Positions 19,688 to 29,039 of a DNA stretch of 64,000 nucleotides are shown in pieces. The position numbers were made by a program, and so were the translations under genes. Position 1 is the stretch's first letter. Every line of letters starts with the position of its first letter. The stretch is from an uncultured Armatimonadetes bacterium. GTDB taxonomy: Bacteria; Armatimonadota; UBA5829; DTJY01. Under the pieces are notes generated by a model, which was not told the DNA's origin, did no database searches, and saw nothing but the letters and a program-made list of their open reading frames with translations. The DNA lies in NCBI GenBank assembly GCA_963717145.1, contig OY970325.1, forward strand, positions 5,216,001 to 5,280,000, in the 5' to 3' direction.

Positions 19688-20118
19688 ATGAAGGTCAAAC
19701 AGCTTTCCATATTCCTGGAGAACCAGTCCGGACGGCTCGCCGAGGTAACCGAGGCGATCGGGAACGAAGGGATCAACATCCGGGCGCTCTCGCTCGCGGA
19801 CACATCGGGCTTCGGAATCCTCAGGCTGATCGTGGACGACATAGACAAAGCCCGCGATATCCTCAAGGCCCGGCAGTTCACCGTTCGGGAGACCTACGTG
19901 ATCGCCGTCGAGATCCCGATCGGCCGGGTGGGCTGGGAAGCGTACTCAAGATCTTCGGCGACGCGAAGATCAACATCGAGTACATGTACGCATTCGTTCA
20001 GAAGGCTTCAGAGAACGCGGTCGTCATCTTCCGCATCGACAATGTGGACGAGGCGATCGAGAGGCTCAGGTCCAAGGGAGTGGGAATCCTCTCGGCAGAG
20101 CAGGTGTACGCGCTGTAG
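19688..20118 (+). CDS. ACT domain protein (Bt0572-like), single frameshift at ~19917
   Basis: [14 protein letters not shown]...IAVEIP then shifted frame [10 protein letters not shown]...NIEYMYAF...QVYAL*; parallel to the intact neighbour. Confidence 0.85.
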
Positions 20119-20272
20119 CCACTTCCTCCTAAAGACTTCTCCGGACATCATCCGGGCGGAAGACTTTGAGCAAGAATTCACATATAACCGGCTGCGAGGG
20201 AGGAATCCGGCTCTCTAAGCGCTAATGATTGTGCAAAAGTGCACATTGTTCGCTGGAAGAGCAACTAAGCCT

Positions 20273-20704
20273 ATGAAAGTCGAACAGATATCCGTATTCC
20301 TGGAGAACAAGTCGGGGCGTCTCGGTGATGTGACCCACGCCCTCGCACAGAGCGGAATCAATATTCGCGCCCTTTCGATCGCGGACACCGCCGATTACGG
20401 GCTCCTGCGCCTGATCGTCGATGACCCAAAGCACGCGACCGATGTGCTTACCGATCAGGGATTCACGGTCGCGGCGACCGAAGTCCTGGCGATCGAAGTG
20501 CCGGACAACCCGGGCGGCCTGGCGGGGATCATAGATATTCTGTCCTCCAAGGGCCTGAACATCGACTACATGTACGCCTTCGTCGGGACATCGGGCGAGA
20601 ACGCCATTGTTGTGTTCCGGACCGAACCGGTCGATAAGGCGATAGAGGCGCTCAGGGAAGGCGGCGCCAGGATACTTACGGGAGACGAACTCCACGCGCT
20701 CTAG
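20273..20704 (+). CDS. ACT domain protein (Bt0572-like)
   Basis: QISVFLENKSGRL, NIRALSIADT, PDNPGGL, NIDYMYAF. Confidence 0.9.
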   Translation: MKVEQISVFLENKSGRLGDVTHALAQSGINIRALSIADTADYGLLRLIVDDPKHATDVLTDQGFTVAATEVLAIEVPDNPGGLAGIIDILSSKGLNIDYMYAFVGTSGENAIVVFRTEPVDKAIEALREGGARILTGDELHAL

Positions 20705-20871
20705 AGGGAGGCGACTTCCTCTTGGCATATGCGCCATCGTCGGCGTGAAACGGGCGAAACTTCCGCGCCCGTGTATGGACATCGGTCGTATGACTGCCGG
20801 CCTAGTCGGAAGTGTCCAAGAGTGACACCGGGCCTGCGGCAGCGGCTAAATCCAGATTATGGAGGTCTGAA

Positions 20872-22026
20872 GTGACGCTAGGGAAACGAATCGCAGTAGT
20901 GACGCTCGTCTGCATGGTAGCCGCGCTCTGTGCCGTGAGCGCCCATGCAGCGGCGAAGTCGACGTACCTCGTCGGCGTGGTGCTCGACGTAACGGGCCCG
21001 GCTTCTCCTCTCGGAACCCCTGAGAAGCTGACCGTCGAGATGCTCCAGAAGGGGCTCAACGGAATGGGCGGCATCAACGGCCACCCGGTCAAGTTCATCA
21101 TCTATGACAGCGCCAGCGAGGAATCGAAGGCCGTGTTGGCGGTCAAGAGGCTGATTGAGGCCGACAAGGTAAAGGCGATCATCGGCCCGAGCACCACCGG
21201 CACCACGCTCGCCATCGCCGGCATCTGCCAGAAGGCTAAGATCCCACTGATCTCCTGCGCCGCCGGCATCAAGATCACTGAGCCGGTCCAGTCGTATGTC
21301 TTCAAGACGGCCCAGCCCGATACGCTCGCAATTGCGAAGGTAATCGACTACCTGAAGGCCAAGAAGATCACAAAGGTCGCCTTCATCAACGATTCGAATG
21401 CCTTCGGCGCGAGCGGACTCGAGCAGATGATAAAGCAGGCGGCGACGGCGAAGATCACCATTGTGGCCAAGGAAGCCTTCGGAAGCAAAGACACGGATAT
21501 GACGGTCCAGCTTACTCGGATCAAGGCGAAGAACCCGCAGGCGGTCATCTGCTGGGGCACGAATCCCGGGCCGGCGCTCGTCGCGAAGAACATGAAACAG
21601 CTTGGCATCAAGTCGCCGCTCATCATGAGCCACGGCATTGCGAACAAGAAGTTCATCGAGCTGGCCGGAGACGCCGCCAATGGTGTCATCTTCCCCGCTG
21701 GTCACTTGATAGTGGCAAGCTCGATCCCGAACAAGGATCCGCAGAAGAAGGTCCTGCTGGGCTATGCGGCTCAGTTCAAGAACTTCGCCAAGGTGGACGC
21801 CGACACGTTCGGCGGTCATGCCTGGGATGCCGCCAAGATCGTGCTCAAGGCGATGGGTAAGGTCGGCGACAACCCCGCCAAGATCCGCGCCGCGATCGAG
21901 AACACGAAGGGCTTCATCGGCATCAGTGGGGTGTTCAACTTCACCGCCAAGGATCACAATGGCCTGACCAAGGACGCGTTCGAGATGGTGCTCATCAAGA
22001 ACGGCAAGTGGACTTTGCTGAAGTAG
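20872..22026 (+). CDS. livK: Branched-chain amino acid-type ABC transporter substrate-binding protein
   Basis: Signal peptide, TGPAS.LG, GGING.P, IIGP; GTG start after GGAGGT. Confidence 0.85.
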   Translation: MTLGKRIAVVTLVCMVAALCAVSAHAAAKSTYLVGVVLDVTGPASPLGTPEKLTVEMLQKGLNGMGGINGHPVKFIIYDSASEESKAVLAVKRLIEADKVKAIIGPSTTGTTLAIAGICQKAKIPLISCAAGIKITEPVQSYVFKTAQPDTLAIAKVIDYLKAKKITKVAFINDSNAFGASGLEQMIKQAATAKITIVAKEAFGSKDTDMTVQLTRIKAKNPQAVICWGTNPGPALVAKNMKQLGIKSPLIMSHGIANKKFIELAGDAANGVIFPAGHLIVASSIPNKDPQKKVLLGYAAQFKNFAKVDADTFGGHAWDAAKIVLKAMGKVGDNPAKIRAAIENTKGFIGISGVFNFTAKDHNGLTKDAFEMVLIKNGKWTLLK

Positions 22027-22041
22027 CAGATTGAAGGAATA

Positions 22042-22167
22042 GGGATCTAAGTCCCCGGAAATCTCCCGCGATGGATGCTGAATCAAGTTCAGCATGACGC
22101 GTCGCGCTACCGTCATGCTGAACTTGATTCAGCATCCATCGGGGGGAGGTTCCGGGGCGATCTCCCA
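22042..22167. repeat. Long hairpin with GTCATGCTGAACTTGATTCAGCATC-family core
   Basis: Perfect 30-bp IR 22070-22099 / 22111-22140 plus imperfect outer stem; lies after the binding-protein gene. Confidence 0.85.
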
Positions 22168-22182
22168 TTCAGGATCAAGCAA

Positions 22183-23058
22183 TTGACTAGTTCAGCACAG
22201 TTCCTGCAGTTCCTACTCTCAGGGGTGACAGTAGGCAGCATCTACGCGCTTACCGCAATCGGGTTCACGATCATCTATAACTGCACGCAGGTCGTCAACT
22301 TCGCGCAGGGTGAGTTCGTGATGCTCGGGGCGATGATCGCGGCGGTTCTCGTCGTGGCAGGTCACGTCTCGCTTCCCGTCGCATGTATTGCCGCGGTCGT
22401 CATAACCGGCATCGTCGGCTGGCTTATCGCATCTTCACTCCTCAGACCGCTCAGGACCGGCTCCACGGTTACGCTCATCATCATCACCGTGGGCGCTTCG
22501 ATCCTGTTTCGCGGAATCGCCATGCTGTTCTGGGGCAAGGATGCAATGCCGCTGCCGGCGTTCTCCGGTGAGAACACGCTGCATTTCGGCGGCGCCTCGA
22601 TGCAGCCCCAGAGCCTGTGGGTGCTGGCTGTCACGGCTGTGCTCGTGATCCTCCTGAGGCTCTTCTATCAGTACACTCTGCTCGGTCGCGCGATGAGGGC
22701 CTGCGCATCCTGCAAGCCGGGCGCGAAGCTCGTCGGCATCAACACCAACCGAATGACGATCCTGTCGTTCGTTCTTGGCGGGGCAGTCGGCGCGGTGGCC
22801 GGAGTCGTGATCGCTCCGATGACCATGGCCCAGTACGACATGGGCACGATGCTCGGGCTGAAGGGGTTCTGTGCCGCAATCCTCGGCGGGCTGGGCAACT
22901 TCACGGGCGGCATCGTGGCCGGACTCGCACTCGGCATTCTGGAGGCGATGGGCGCCGGTTTCATATCGAGTGGCTACAAGGATGCCATAGCCTTTGTGAT
23001 CCTTCTCATCATCCTCTTTGCCCGCCCGCAAGGGGTCTTCGGCGGGAAGAAGGGATAG
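22183..23058 (+). CDS. livH: Branched-chain amino acid ABC permease
   Basis: GSIYAL.AIGFTII, NFAQGEF, LGRAMRA, LKGFCAAILGGLG; TTG start inferred. Confidence 0.9.
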   Translation: MTSSAQFLQFLLSGVTVGSIYALTAIGFTIIYNCTQVVNFAQGEFVMLGAMIAAVLVVAGHVSLPVACIAAVVITGIVGWLIASSLLRPLRTGSTVTLIIITVGASILFRGIAMLFWGKDAMPLPAFSGENTLHFGGASMQPQSLWVLAVTAVLVILLRLFYQYTLLGRAMRACASCKPGAKLVGINTNRMTILSFVLGGAVGAVAGVVIAPMTMAQYDMGTMLGLKGFCAAILGGLGNFTGGIVAGLALGILEAMGAGFISSGYKDAIAFVILLIILFARPQGVFGGKKG

Positions 23059-23084
23059 ATAGCATCTGTTGGGTCTCTGTTGGG

Positions 23085-23220
23085 TCGGGAGTTGTACTCC
23101 CGAACCGGAGACTGGTTTGGCGGAGTTCAACTCCGCGTCGGTTCGGCGGGATGGAGTGCAACTCCATCCCGAACGGGGACGGTAGGCTTTCGACTTTGGA
23201 CTTTCGACTTTCGACTAGAC
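23085..23220. repeat. Array of three GGAGT-N3-ACTCC hairpins followed by (GACTTTC/G) heptamers
   Basis: Units at 23085-23103, 23120-23136, 23147-23171; heptamers 23189-23220. Confidence 0.8.
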
Positions 23221-24581
23221 CTGCGATCCTGCGCCTGTTGCCGTTCATCGCGCTCGTCGCAGCCATACTGGCGATACCGAACCTGGTATTCAAGCCGTCC
23301 GAAACGGGCGGCAACTACTACCTCACGGTTCTGATCTACGTCGGGATCAACACGATCCTGGCGGTCGGACTGAACCTGCTCATGGGGTATGCGGGCCAGG
23401 TGTCGCTCGGTCACGCCGCCTTCTACGGTCTTGGCGCGTATGCGTCCGCCGTTCTGACGACCCGTGGCGTCCCTGCCGGTATCGTGGCCCCCGCAGCCGC
23501 CGTGATCGCCGTAATGGCGTCCGCCGCAGCGATCATCTCCATGCTTCGAGCCGAGTCCGGCAGGTTCTTGCTCTCGGTGGGCGGCTTCCTCCTTGCAGCA
23601 GTCTCCGCCGTCCACTTCGGACTCGCACACCCGGTGCCCTACATTCTGCTGGTCGCGGGCTGGATGGTTTCGTATGTTGCATACAGGATGTCGCCGATCA
23701 AACTGGCAGTCCCCTACGCCATCGGAGCGGTGGTCGGGCTCGTCACCTATTGGCTACTCGGACACGCCACGGGCGGCATGTCGCCCTGGTACGCGATGGC
23801 CGCCGGACTGGTCTTCACCTGCCTGATCGCGTATCTTATCGGCTCTCAGGCACTGAAGCTCCATGGACACTACCTGGCGATGGCGACTCTCGGCTTCGGC
23901 GTGATCATCGCCATCATCCTCGTGCAGTGGGAGCCGATGACGGGCGGCACATCGGGGATCTATGGCATTCCCAGCCTGCAACTCGGCAAGCTGGCCCTCG
24001 ACAACGATATCTCCGTCTATTACCTGGTATGGGCGCTGGTTGCGGTAGTGATCGCGTTATCCGCCAACATCGTCAACTCGCGGATCGGGCGCGCGTTCCG
24101 AGCCGTGCACGGAAGCGAGGTTGCGGCGGCTTCTCTCGGGGTCGACGCGACTCGGTACAAGGTGCAGGTCTTCGTGCTGAGCGCCGCCCTGGCTTCGATC
24201 GCCGGCAGCATCTACGCTCATTACGTCACTTTCATCAGCCCCGAGCCGTTCGGGTTCAAGTTCTCGATCGAACTGGTGGTCATGGTGGTCATCGGGGGCT
24301 TGGCGAGCATCTGGGGCGCGGTGTTTGGGGCAGCGACGATAACAATCCTCGGCGAACTGCTGCGCGGGCTGGGAACGACCCAGACATTGGGCGCGGAGAA
24401 GGGCGTCTTTGCCCTGATCCGAGATAGACTCGGTGCTTCCCCCTCAGATTTTGACGTGATCATTTTCGGCCTGATCCTGATGCTCATCATGATATACATG
24501 CCCAACGGCCTGCTCCGGACGATCGTCGACAGCGCGAAGTCTGCCATCCGCCTGGCGCGGAGAAAGAAGGCGGTGGAGTGA
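23151..24581 (+). CDS. livM: Branched-chain amino acid ABC permease with extra ~105-aa hydrophobic insertion; start uncertain
   Basis: GLNLLMGYAGQVSLGHAAFYGLGAY, L.GHYLAMATLGF, SRIGRAFRA, MVVIGGL. Confidence 0.85.
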   Translation: MECNSIPNGDGRLSTLDFRLSTRPAILRLLPFIALVAAILAIPNLVFKPSETGGNYYLTVLIYVGINTILAVGLNLLMGYAGQVSLGHAAFYGLGAYASAVLTTRGVPAGIVAPAAAVIAVMASAAAIISMLRAESGRFLLSVGGFLLAAVSAVHFGLAHPVPYILLVAGWMVSYVAYRMSPIKLAVPYAIGAVVGLVTYWLLGHATGGMSPWYAMAAGLVFTCLIAYLIGSQALKLHGHYLAMATLGFGVIIAIILVQWEPMTGGTSGIYGIPSLQLGKLALDNDISVYYLVWALVAVVIALSANIVNSRIGRAFRAVHGSEVAAASLGVDATRYKVQVFVLSAALASIAGSIYAHYVTFISPEPFGFKFSIELVVMVVIGGLASIWGAVFGAATITILGELLRGLGTTQTLGAEKGVFALIRDRLGASPSDFDVIIFGLILMLIMIYMPNGLLRTIVDSAKSAIRLARRKKAVE

Positions 24582-25375
24582 TGGAGACCTCAGCCGCTTT
24601 GGTCCAGGTGCGGAAGGCACGCAAGGTTTTCGGCGGACTCACAGCCGTCGATGATGTTACGTTCGACGTGGCGCTTGGGCAGTTGTTTGCGGTCATCGGG
24701 CCAAACGGAGCAGGGAAGAGCACCATGCTGAACCTGCTATCCGGCGTCCTCAAGCCGACGGACGGCGAGATCTTCTTCCGGCAGACCGCCACTTCGGGCC
24801 TCCCGCCATACGAGATCGCCGGCCTGGGGATCGCCAGGACGTTCCAGAATGTACAGCTCTTCCCGAACATGACCGTCCTCGAAAACGTCATGGTGGGACG
24901 GCATCTGCGCTCCAGTCAGGGACTCCTGGCGGCCGCGCTCCGTTTCCCCGGGCAGATCAGGGAAGAGCGGCGGATCCTCGAATCAGCGCTCGAGCGGCTG
25001 GACTCGGTCGGGCTCGCGGACAAGCGCGAGGACTCCGCCTCGAGCTTGTCGTTCGGACAGCAGCGGCTCCTCGAGATCGCCCGCGCGCTCGCGCCTGAGC
25101 CGAAGATGCTTCTGCTGGACGAGCCGGCATCCGGTCTCAGTTCCCATGAGACCGAGACGCTCGCGGATTACCTCCTGCGAATCGTCGCCGAGGGGATCAC
25201 AGTCATCCTCGTGGACCACGACATGCAGTTCGTGATGGACATATCCGACCACGTTGTAGTGCTCGACCACGGGCAGAAGATCGCCGAGGGAACGCCGACG
25301 GAGGTGCAGGCCGATCGGAAGGTCATCGCCGCATACCTGGGAGAGGAGGTCCACGGTCATGCTAAGACTGACTAG
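24578..25375 (+). CDS. livG: ABC transporter ATP-binding protein
   Basis: GPNGAGKST, GIARTFQN, LSFGQQR, LLLDEP. Confidence 0.92.
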   Translation: MMETSAALVQVRKARKVFGGLTAVDDVTFDVALGQLFAVIGPNGAGKSTMLNLLSGVLKPTDGEIFFRQTATSGLPPYEIAGLGIARTFQNVQLFPNMTVLENVMVGRHLRSSQGLLAAALRFPGQIREERRILESALERLDSVGLADKREDSASSLSFGQQRLLEIARALAPEPKMLLLDEPASGLSSHETETLADYLLRIVAEGITVILVDHDMQFVMDISDHVVVLDHGQKIAEGTPTEVQADRKVIAAYLGEEVHGHAKTD

Positions 25376-26096
25376 CCTCGTCTCGGGGTATGGCAGGATC
25401 ACGGTCCTCCGCCGCATATCGATGCACGTGGGGGCCGGCGAGATCGTCGCGGTTATCGGTGCGAACGGAGCGGGCAAGACCACGCTCCTCGATACGGTAT
25501 GTGGAGTGCTCCCGGCGCAGTCGGGGTCGATCAAGCTGGACGGGAAGGAAGTCGCCGGGGCCGCCCCGGAGCGCCTGGTGAGGATGGGCATGTCGCACGC
25601 GCCTCAGGGACGCCAGCTTTTCCCCGACATGACGGTCTACGAGAACCTGGTTCTCGGCGCGTACAGAAGGAGCCGCTCCGAGAAGCGAACTCAGATGCGC
25701 GGCGACCTGGAGAACGTCTACTCTATCTTCCCGACGCTGGAGGAGCGACACGGTCAGCTCGCCGGGACGCTTTCCGGCGGTGAACAGCAGATGCTCGCGA
25801 TCGGACGAGCGCTGATGTCGAAGCCGAGGCTCCTGCTGCTCGATGAGCCATCGATGGGCCTCGCGCCGCTCGTCATCAAGGACATTTTCAAAGTCATCAG
25901 CGCACTGCACAAGCAGGGTACGACTGTGTTGGTTGTCGAACAGAACGCCAAGGCAGCGCTCTCTATCGCCCAGCGAGGCTACGTCATAGAGACGGGGCGC
26001 GTCATCCTCGAGGGGACGGCTCACGAGCTGGAGCGCAATCCCGAGGTCCAGAGAGCCTATCTGGGCAAGGGTTACAAGCACATGATAGAAAGCTGA
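25359..26096 (+). CDS. livF: ABC transporter ATP-binding protein
   Basis: GANGAGKTT, LSGGEQQMLAIGRALM, LDEPSMGLAP. Confidence 0.93.
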   Translation: MLRLTSLVSGYGRITVLRRISMHVGAGEIVAVIGANGAGKTTLLDTVCGVLPAQSGSIKLDGKEVAGAAPERLVRMGMSHAPQGRQLFPDMTVYENLVLGAYRRSRSEKRTQMRGDLENVYSIFPTLEERHGQLAGTLSGGEQQMLAIGRALMSKPRLLLLDEPSMGLAPLVIKDIFKVISALHKQGTTVLVVEQNAKAALSIAQRGYVIETGRVILEGTAHELERNPEVQRAYLGKGYKHMIES

Positions 26097-26104
26097 GGAA
26101 GCCT

Positions 26105-27400
26105 ATGCCTATCTGGAACAGAAGATGCGAAACGATGTCGCGTGAAGAGATGGGGCAGTTGCAGCTCGAACGGCTCCAGTCGACCGTCAACCGCGCGTAC
26201 CGGAACGTCCGCTTCTACCACAGAAGGTTCGAGAGGCTCGGGATCGAGCCGGAGGACGTTGGCTCGCTCGACGATCTCAAGCGTCTGCCGTTTACGACGA
26301 AGGAGGACCTCTGCGACGCCTATCCCTACGAGATGTTCAGCGTCCCTCTGAGGGAGATCGTGCGCATCCACGCCTCGTCCGGGTCCTCAGGGCAGGGAGC
26401 GGTCATCGGCTATACGCGCAATGACCTGCGCACGTGGAGCGACCTCGTCGCGCGCGTCGTCAGTGCGGCCGGAGTCACGAAGCATGATGTGCTTCAGGTG
26501 ACGTTCGACTACGGGCTGTTCACGGGCGGCTTCGGGATCCATTACGGAGCCGAGCGAGTCGGCGCGTCGGTCATCCCGGCGTCGGGAGGGAATACCGAGC
26601 GCCAGATCCGCATCATGAAGGACTTCAAAACAACGGTGCTCGTCGGCACTCCGAGCTATGCCCTCCATATCGCCGAAGTGATGGACCAGATGGATGTGGA
26701 TCGGAGCGCGTTCTCTCTGCGGCTCGGGCTCTTCGGGGGCGAACCGTTCCCCGAGCATCTCAGGAGCGAGATCGAGGAGCGCCTCGGAATAAGCGCGACC
26801 GACAACTATGGGATCAGCGATGTCATGGGCCCCGGGATCGCGGGCGAGTGCGAGTGCAAGTGCGGCCTCCACGTGAATGAGGACCACTTCCTAGCCGAAC
26901 TGGTGGATCCCCAGACGCTCGAATCGGTTCCATATGGCGCGGAGGGCGAATTGGTTCTCACAACGATCACGAAGCAAGGCATGCCGCTGCTCCGATACCG
27001 AACCAGAGACCTGACGACGCTGAATCCCGAGAAATGCGTCTGCGGGCGCACCAACGTCCGCATGAGCAAGATCGCCGGCCGCACCGACGACATGCTGATC
27101 ATCCGCGGCGTGAACGTCTATCCCTCGCAGATCGAGTCGATCCTGCTCGAGATCGAGGGCGTCGAGCCGCATTACCGCATCGTCATCGACCGCGTGGCGG
27201 CGATGGACGAGATGACCATTCAGGTGGAGGTATCGAAGGAGATCCTCACCGACCAGATGCGCAGGCTCGCGGAGCTTGAGGAGAAGATCAAGTCCCGGAT
27301 GCATGCCGTCATCGGCCTGACACCCAAGCTGAAGTTGGTCGAGCCCAGGACACTCCAGGATATGGGTGGACAGAAGGTAGTCGATAACCGCAATCTTTAG
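26105..27400 (+). CDS. Phenylacetate--CoA ligase family paralog with degenerate catalytic motifs
   Basis: Full-length similarity to 16748-18046 but SSGSSGQG for SSGTTGKP and GGQKV for GKAKRV. Confidence 0.85.
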   Translation: MPIWNRRCETMSREEMGQLQLERLQSTVNRAYRNVRFYHRRFERLGIEPEDVGSLDDLKRLPFTTKEDLCDAYPYEMFSVPLREIVRIHASSGSSGQGAVIGYTRNDLRTWSDLVARVVSAAGVTKHDVLQVTFDYGLFTGGFGIHYGAERVGASVIPASGGNTERQIRIMKDFKTTVLVGTPSYALHIAEVMDQMDVDRSAFSLRLGLFGGEPFPEHLRSEIEERLGISATDNYGISDVMGPGIAGECECKCGLHVNEDHFLAELVDPQTLESVPYGAEGELVLTTITKQGMPLLRYRTRDLTTLNPEKCVCGRTNVRMSKIAGRTDDMLIIRGVNVYPSQIESILLEIEGVEPHYRIVIDRVAAMDEMTIQVEVSKEILTDQMRRLAELEEKIKSRMHAVIGLTPKLKLVEPRTLQDMGGQKVVDNRNL

Positions 27401-27409
27401 CAGATGGCT

Positions 27410-27480
27410 CATGTAGTGGCCGCGCCTCCGTGCCGGCCACTGAGGTGGTAAGGCCGGCACAGAGGCACGGCCACTACATG
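27410..27480. repeat. GTAGTGGCC-family REP doublet, intergenic
   Basis: CATGTAGTGGCCGCGCCTCCGTGCCGGCC...GGCCGGCACAGAGGCACGGCCACTACATG. Confidence 0.88.
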
Positions 27481-27648
27481 CTATTTCACATCCATTTTGC
27501 TCGAGGAGGTGATCTTACTGCACCTGAGCTTGGTTTCTATCTGATAAGGCGAAACAAGGACAGCCTTATCAGGTAGTGGCCGGTGAATGCCGGCATAGTA
27601 CGAGCGGATTTCGGTCCGCGATTCGAAAATACAGAGGAGGTAAGGAAA

Positions 27649-28803
27649 TTGTTACACAGCAAGAAGCGCATCCTGCTCGCAACGATTGCCGTGCTGATGA
27701 TGGTCTCAGCAGGCATGTTGTTTGCGCAGGGCGGAGGCGCGGCCCCCGCAGCGGCCGCCCCTGGACCGCCTACCATCAGCGTGCATGGCTACATGCAGAA
27801 CAGGTTCTACTTCGGTGAAGGCGCGAATCCCGAGTTCCGGTCGGAGAGGATATCGATCTCAACGCTCGCGACCTTCGCGGACGCCAGCACCGCGTTCGTA
27901 GAGCTGTACTATCATCCATGGGCTCCGGCAGCCGGGCTCTACCTCGAGAGCGCCTATTACGACAAGGTCCTGGCTGACAGTCACCTCAGGGTGGGCAAGG
28001 GCAGAAGGCAGACCTTCGGTATCACACCCGCCTATCCGAACCGGAAGACCTCCAACTACGGGATCGTCTCAGAGGCGTTCACGCAGGACCGCATCCAGGG
28101 TCTTCAGTACTTTGGCACGAAGAACAATCTGGATATCGGCCTGTCGCTGCACACCGCATATCGTCTCGGCACTCGGAACATCGGAGAAATCCCGGGAGAT
28201 AGCCTGCGCAACGCAACCCATCAGGTGCCTCACCTGGCCCTCAGAGAAGCAAACGGCGATCTCAGCCAGAAGCTCCAGGTCTCAGGACGAGTCGGTATGA
28301 ACACGGACGGATGGAAGGCCGGTGTCTCGCTCTCGTTTGCCGGTCTCGACCGGCGCGATGTGACCAACCTCACGACGTCCGGCGCGACCAATCCGCTGAC
28401 TCCCGGCGCAACACCTGCTCTGCTTCCGGTTGGATCAGACAACAATATGAGCCAGTGGGGTCTGGACTTCATGAAGAAGTGGTCATCCGGATTCATGGCT
28501 CAGGGCGAGTTCTACGGGGCCAGCGTCAGTGAGCTGGACTACAACGCGTGGAACGTACTCGCCGGCCAGGAGTTCACCAGCGGGTGGAAGGTCATCCTGC
28601 GGTATGCTCAGCAGAACATGGATACACCGCTTACGAGCAACCCACTCTCATGGGACGTTCAGCAGACCAGCATATCGGTGGTCCAGCCGATCGCCAAGTC
28701 GGTCTGGATCCAGTACGAGTACGAGATCAACACCGAGCGCACGAACACCGGCGGGGACGTCGGGAACGATGTGTTCTTCATTGAGCTGTTCAGCGGGTTC
28801 TAG
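27649..28803 (+). CDS. Putative outer-membrane beta-barrel/porin
   Basis: Signal peptide, alternating beta-strand pattern, C-terminal FFIELFSGF; GAGGAGGT upstream of TTG. Confidence 0.6.
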   Translation: MLHSKKRILLATIAVLMMVSAGMLFAQGGGAAPAAAAPGPPTISVHGYMQNRFYFGEGANPEFRSERISISTLATFADASTAFVELYYHPWAPAAGLYLESAYYDKVLADSHLRVGKGRRQTFGITPAYPNRKTSNYGIVSEAFTQDRIQGLQYFGTKNNLDIGLSLHTAYRLGTRNIGEIPGDSLRNATHQVPHLALREANGDLSQKLQVSGRVGMNTDGWKAGVSLSFAGLDRRDVTNLTTSGATNPLTPGATPALLPVGSDNNMSQWGLDFMKKWSSGFMAQGEFYGASVSELDYNAWNVLAGQEFTSGWKVILRYAQQNMDTPLTSNPLSWDVQQTSISVVQPIAKSVWIQYEYEINTERTNTGGDVGNDVFFIELFSGF

Positions 28804-28867
28804 GAATCCGAGGGAATGGAGTGGTGGAGTGTCGGGATAACGGGCACCTCACCACACGATAGGCGCG

Positions 28868-28897
28868 AGGGCCGGGGGCATCTGCTCCCGGCCCTTA
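28868..28897 (+). terminator. Probable terminator hairpin
   Basis: AGGGCCGGGGGCA-TC-TGCTCCCGGCCCTT. Confidence 0.5.
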
Positions 28898-28905
28898 TGC
28901 TGACA

Positions 28906-28970
28906 ATGTAGGGGCGTGCCTTGTGCCGCCCGTTGCCGCGTGTCGGGCGGCACAAGGCACGCCCCTACAT
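28906..28970. repeat. GTAGGGGCG-family REP doublet, intergenic
   Basis: ATGTAGGGGCGTGCCTTGTGCCGCCCG...CGGGCGGCACAAGGCACGCCCCTACAT. Confidence 0.9.
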
Positions 28971-29039
28971 CGTGATTGGCGGTAGGACTTCCGACGCCCG
29001 AGGGCGAAGAATACCCCAGAGGCATCCGCGAAGATCACC

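Noticed and set aside
20705-20871. Riboswitch (c-di-GMP-I or T-box) upstream of livK
   Set aside because: Several small hairpins are present but I could not match the conserved motifs; needs an Rfam search
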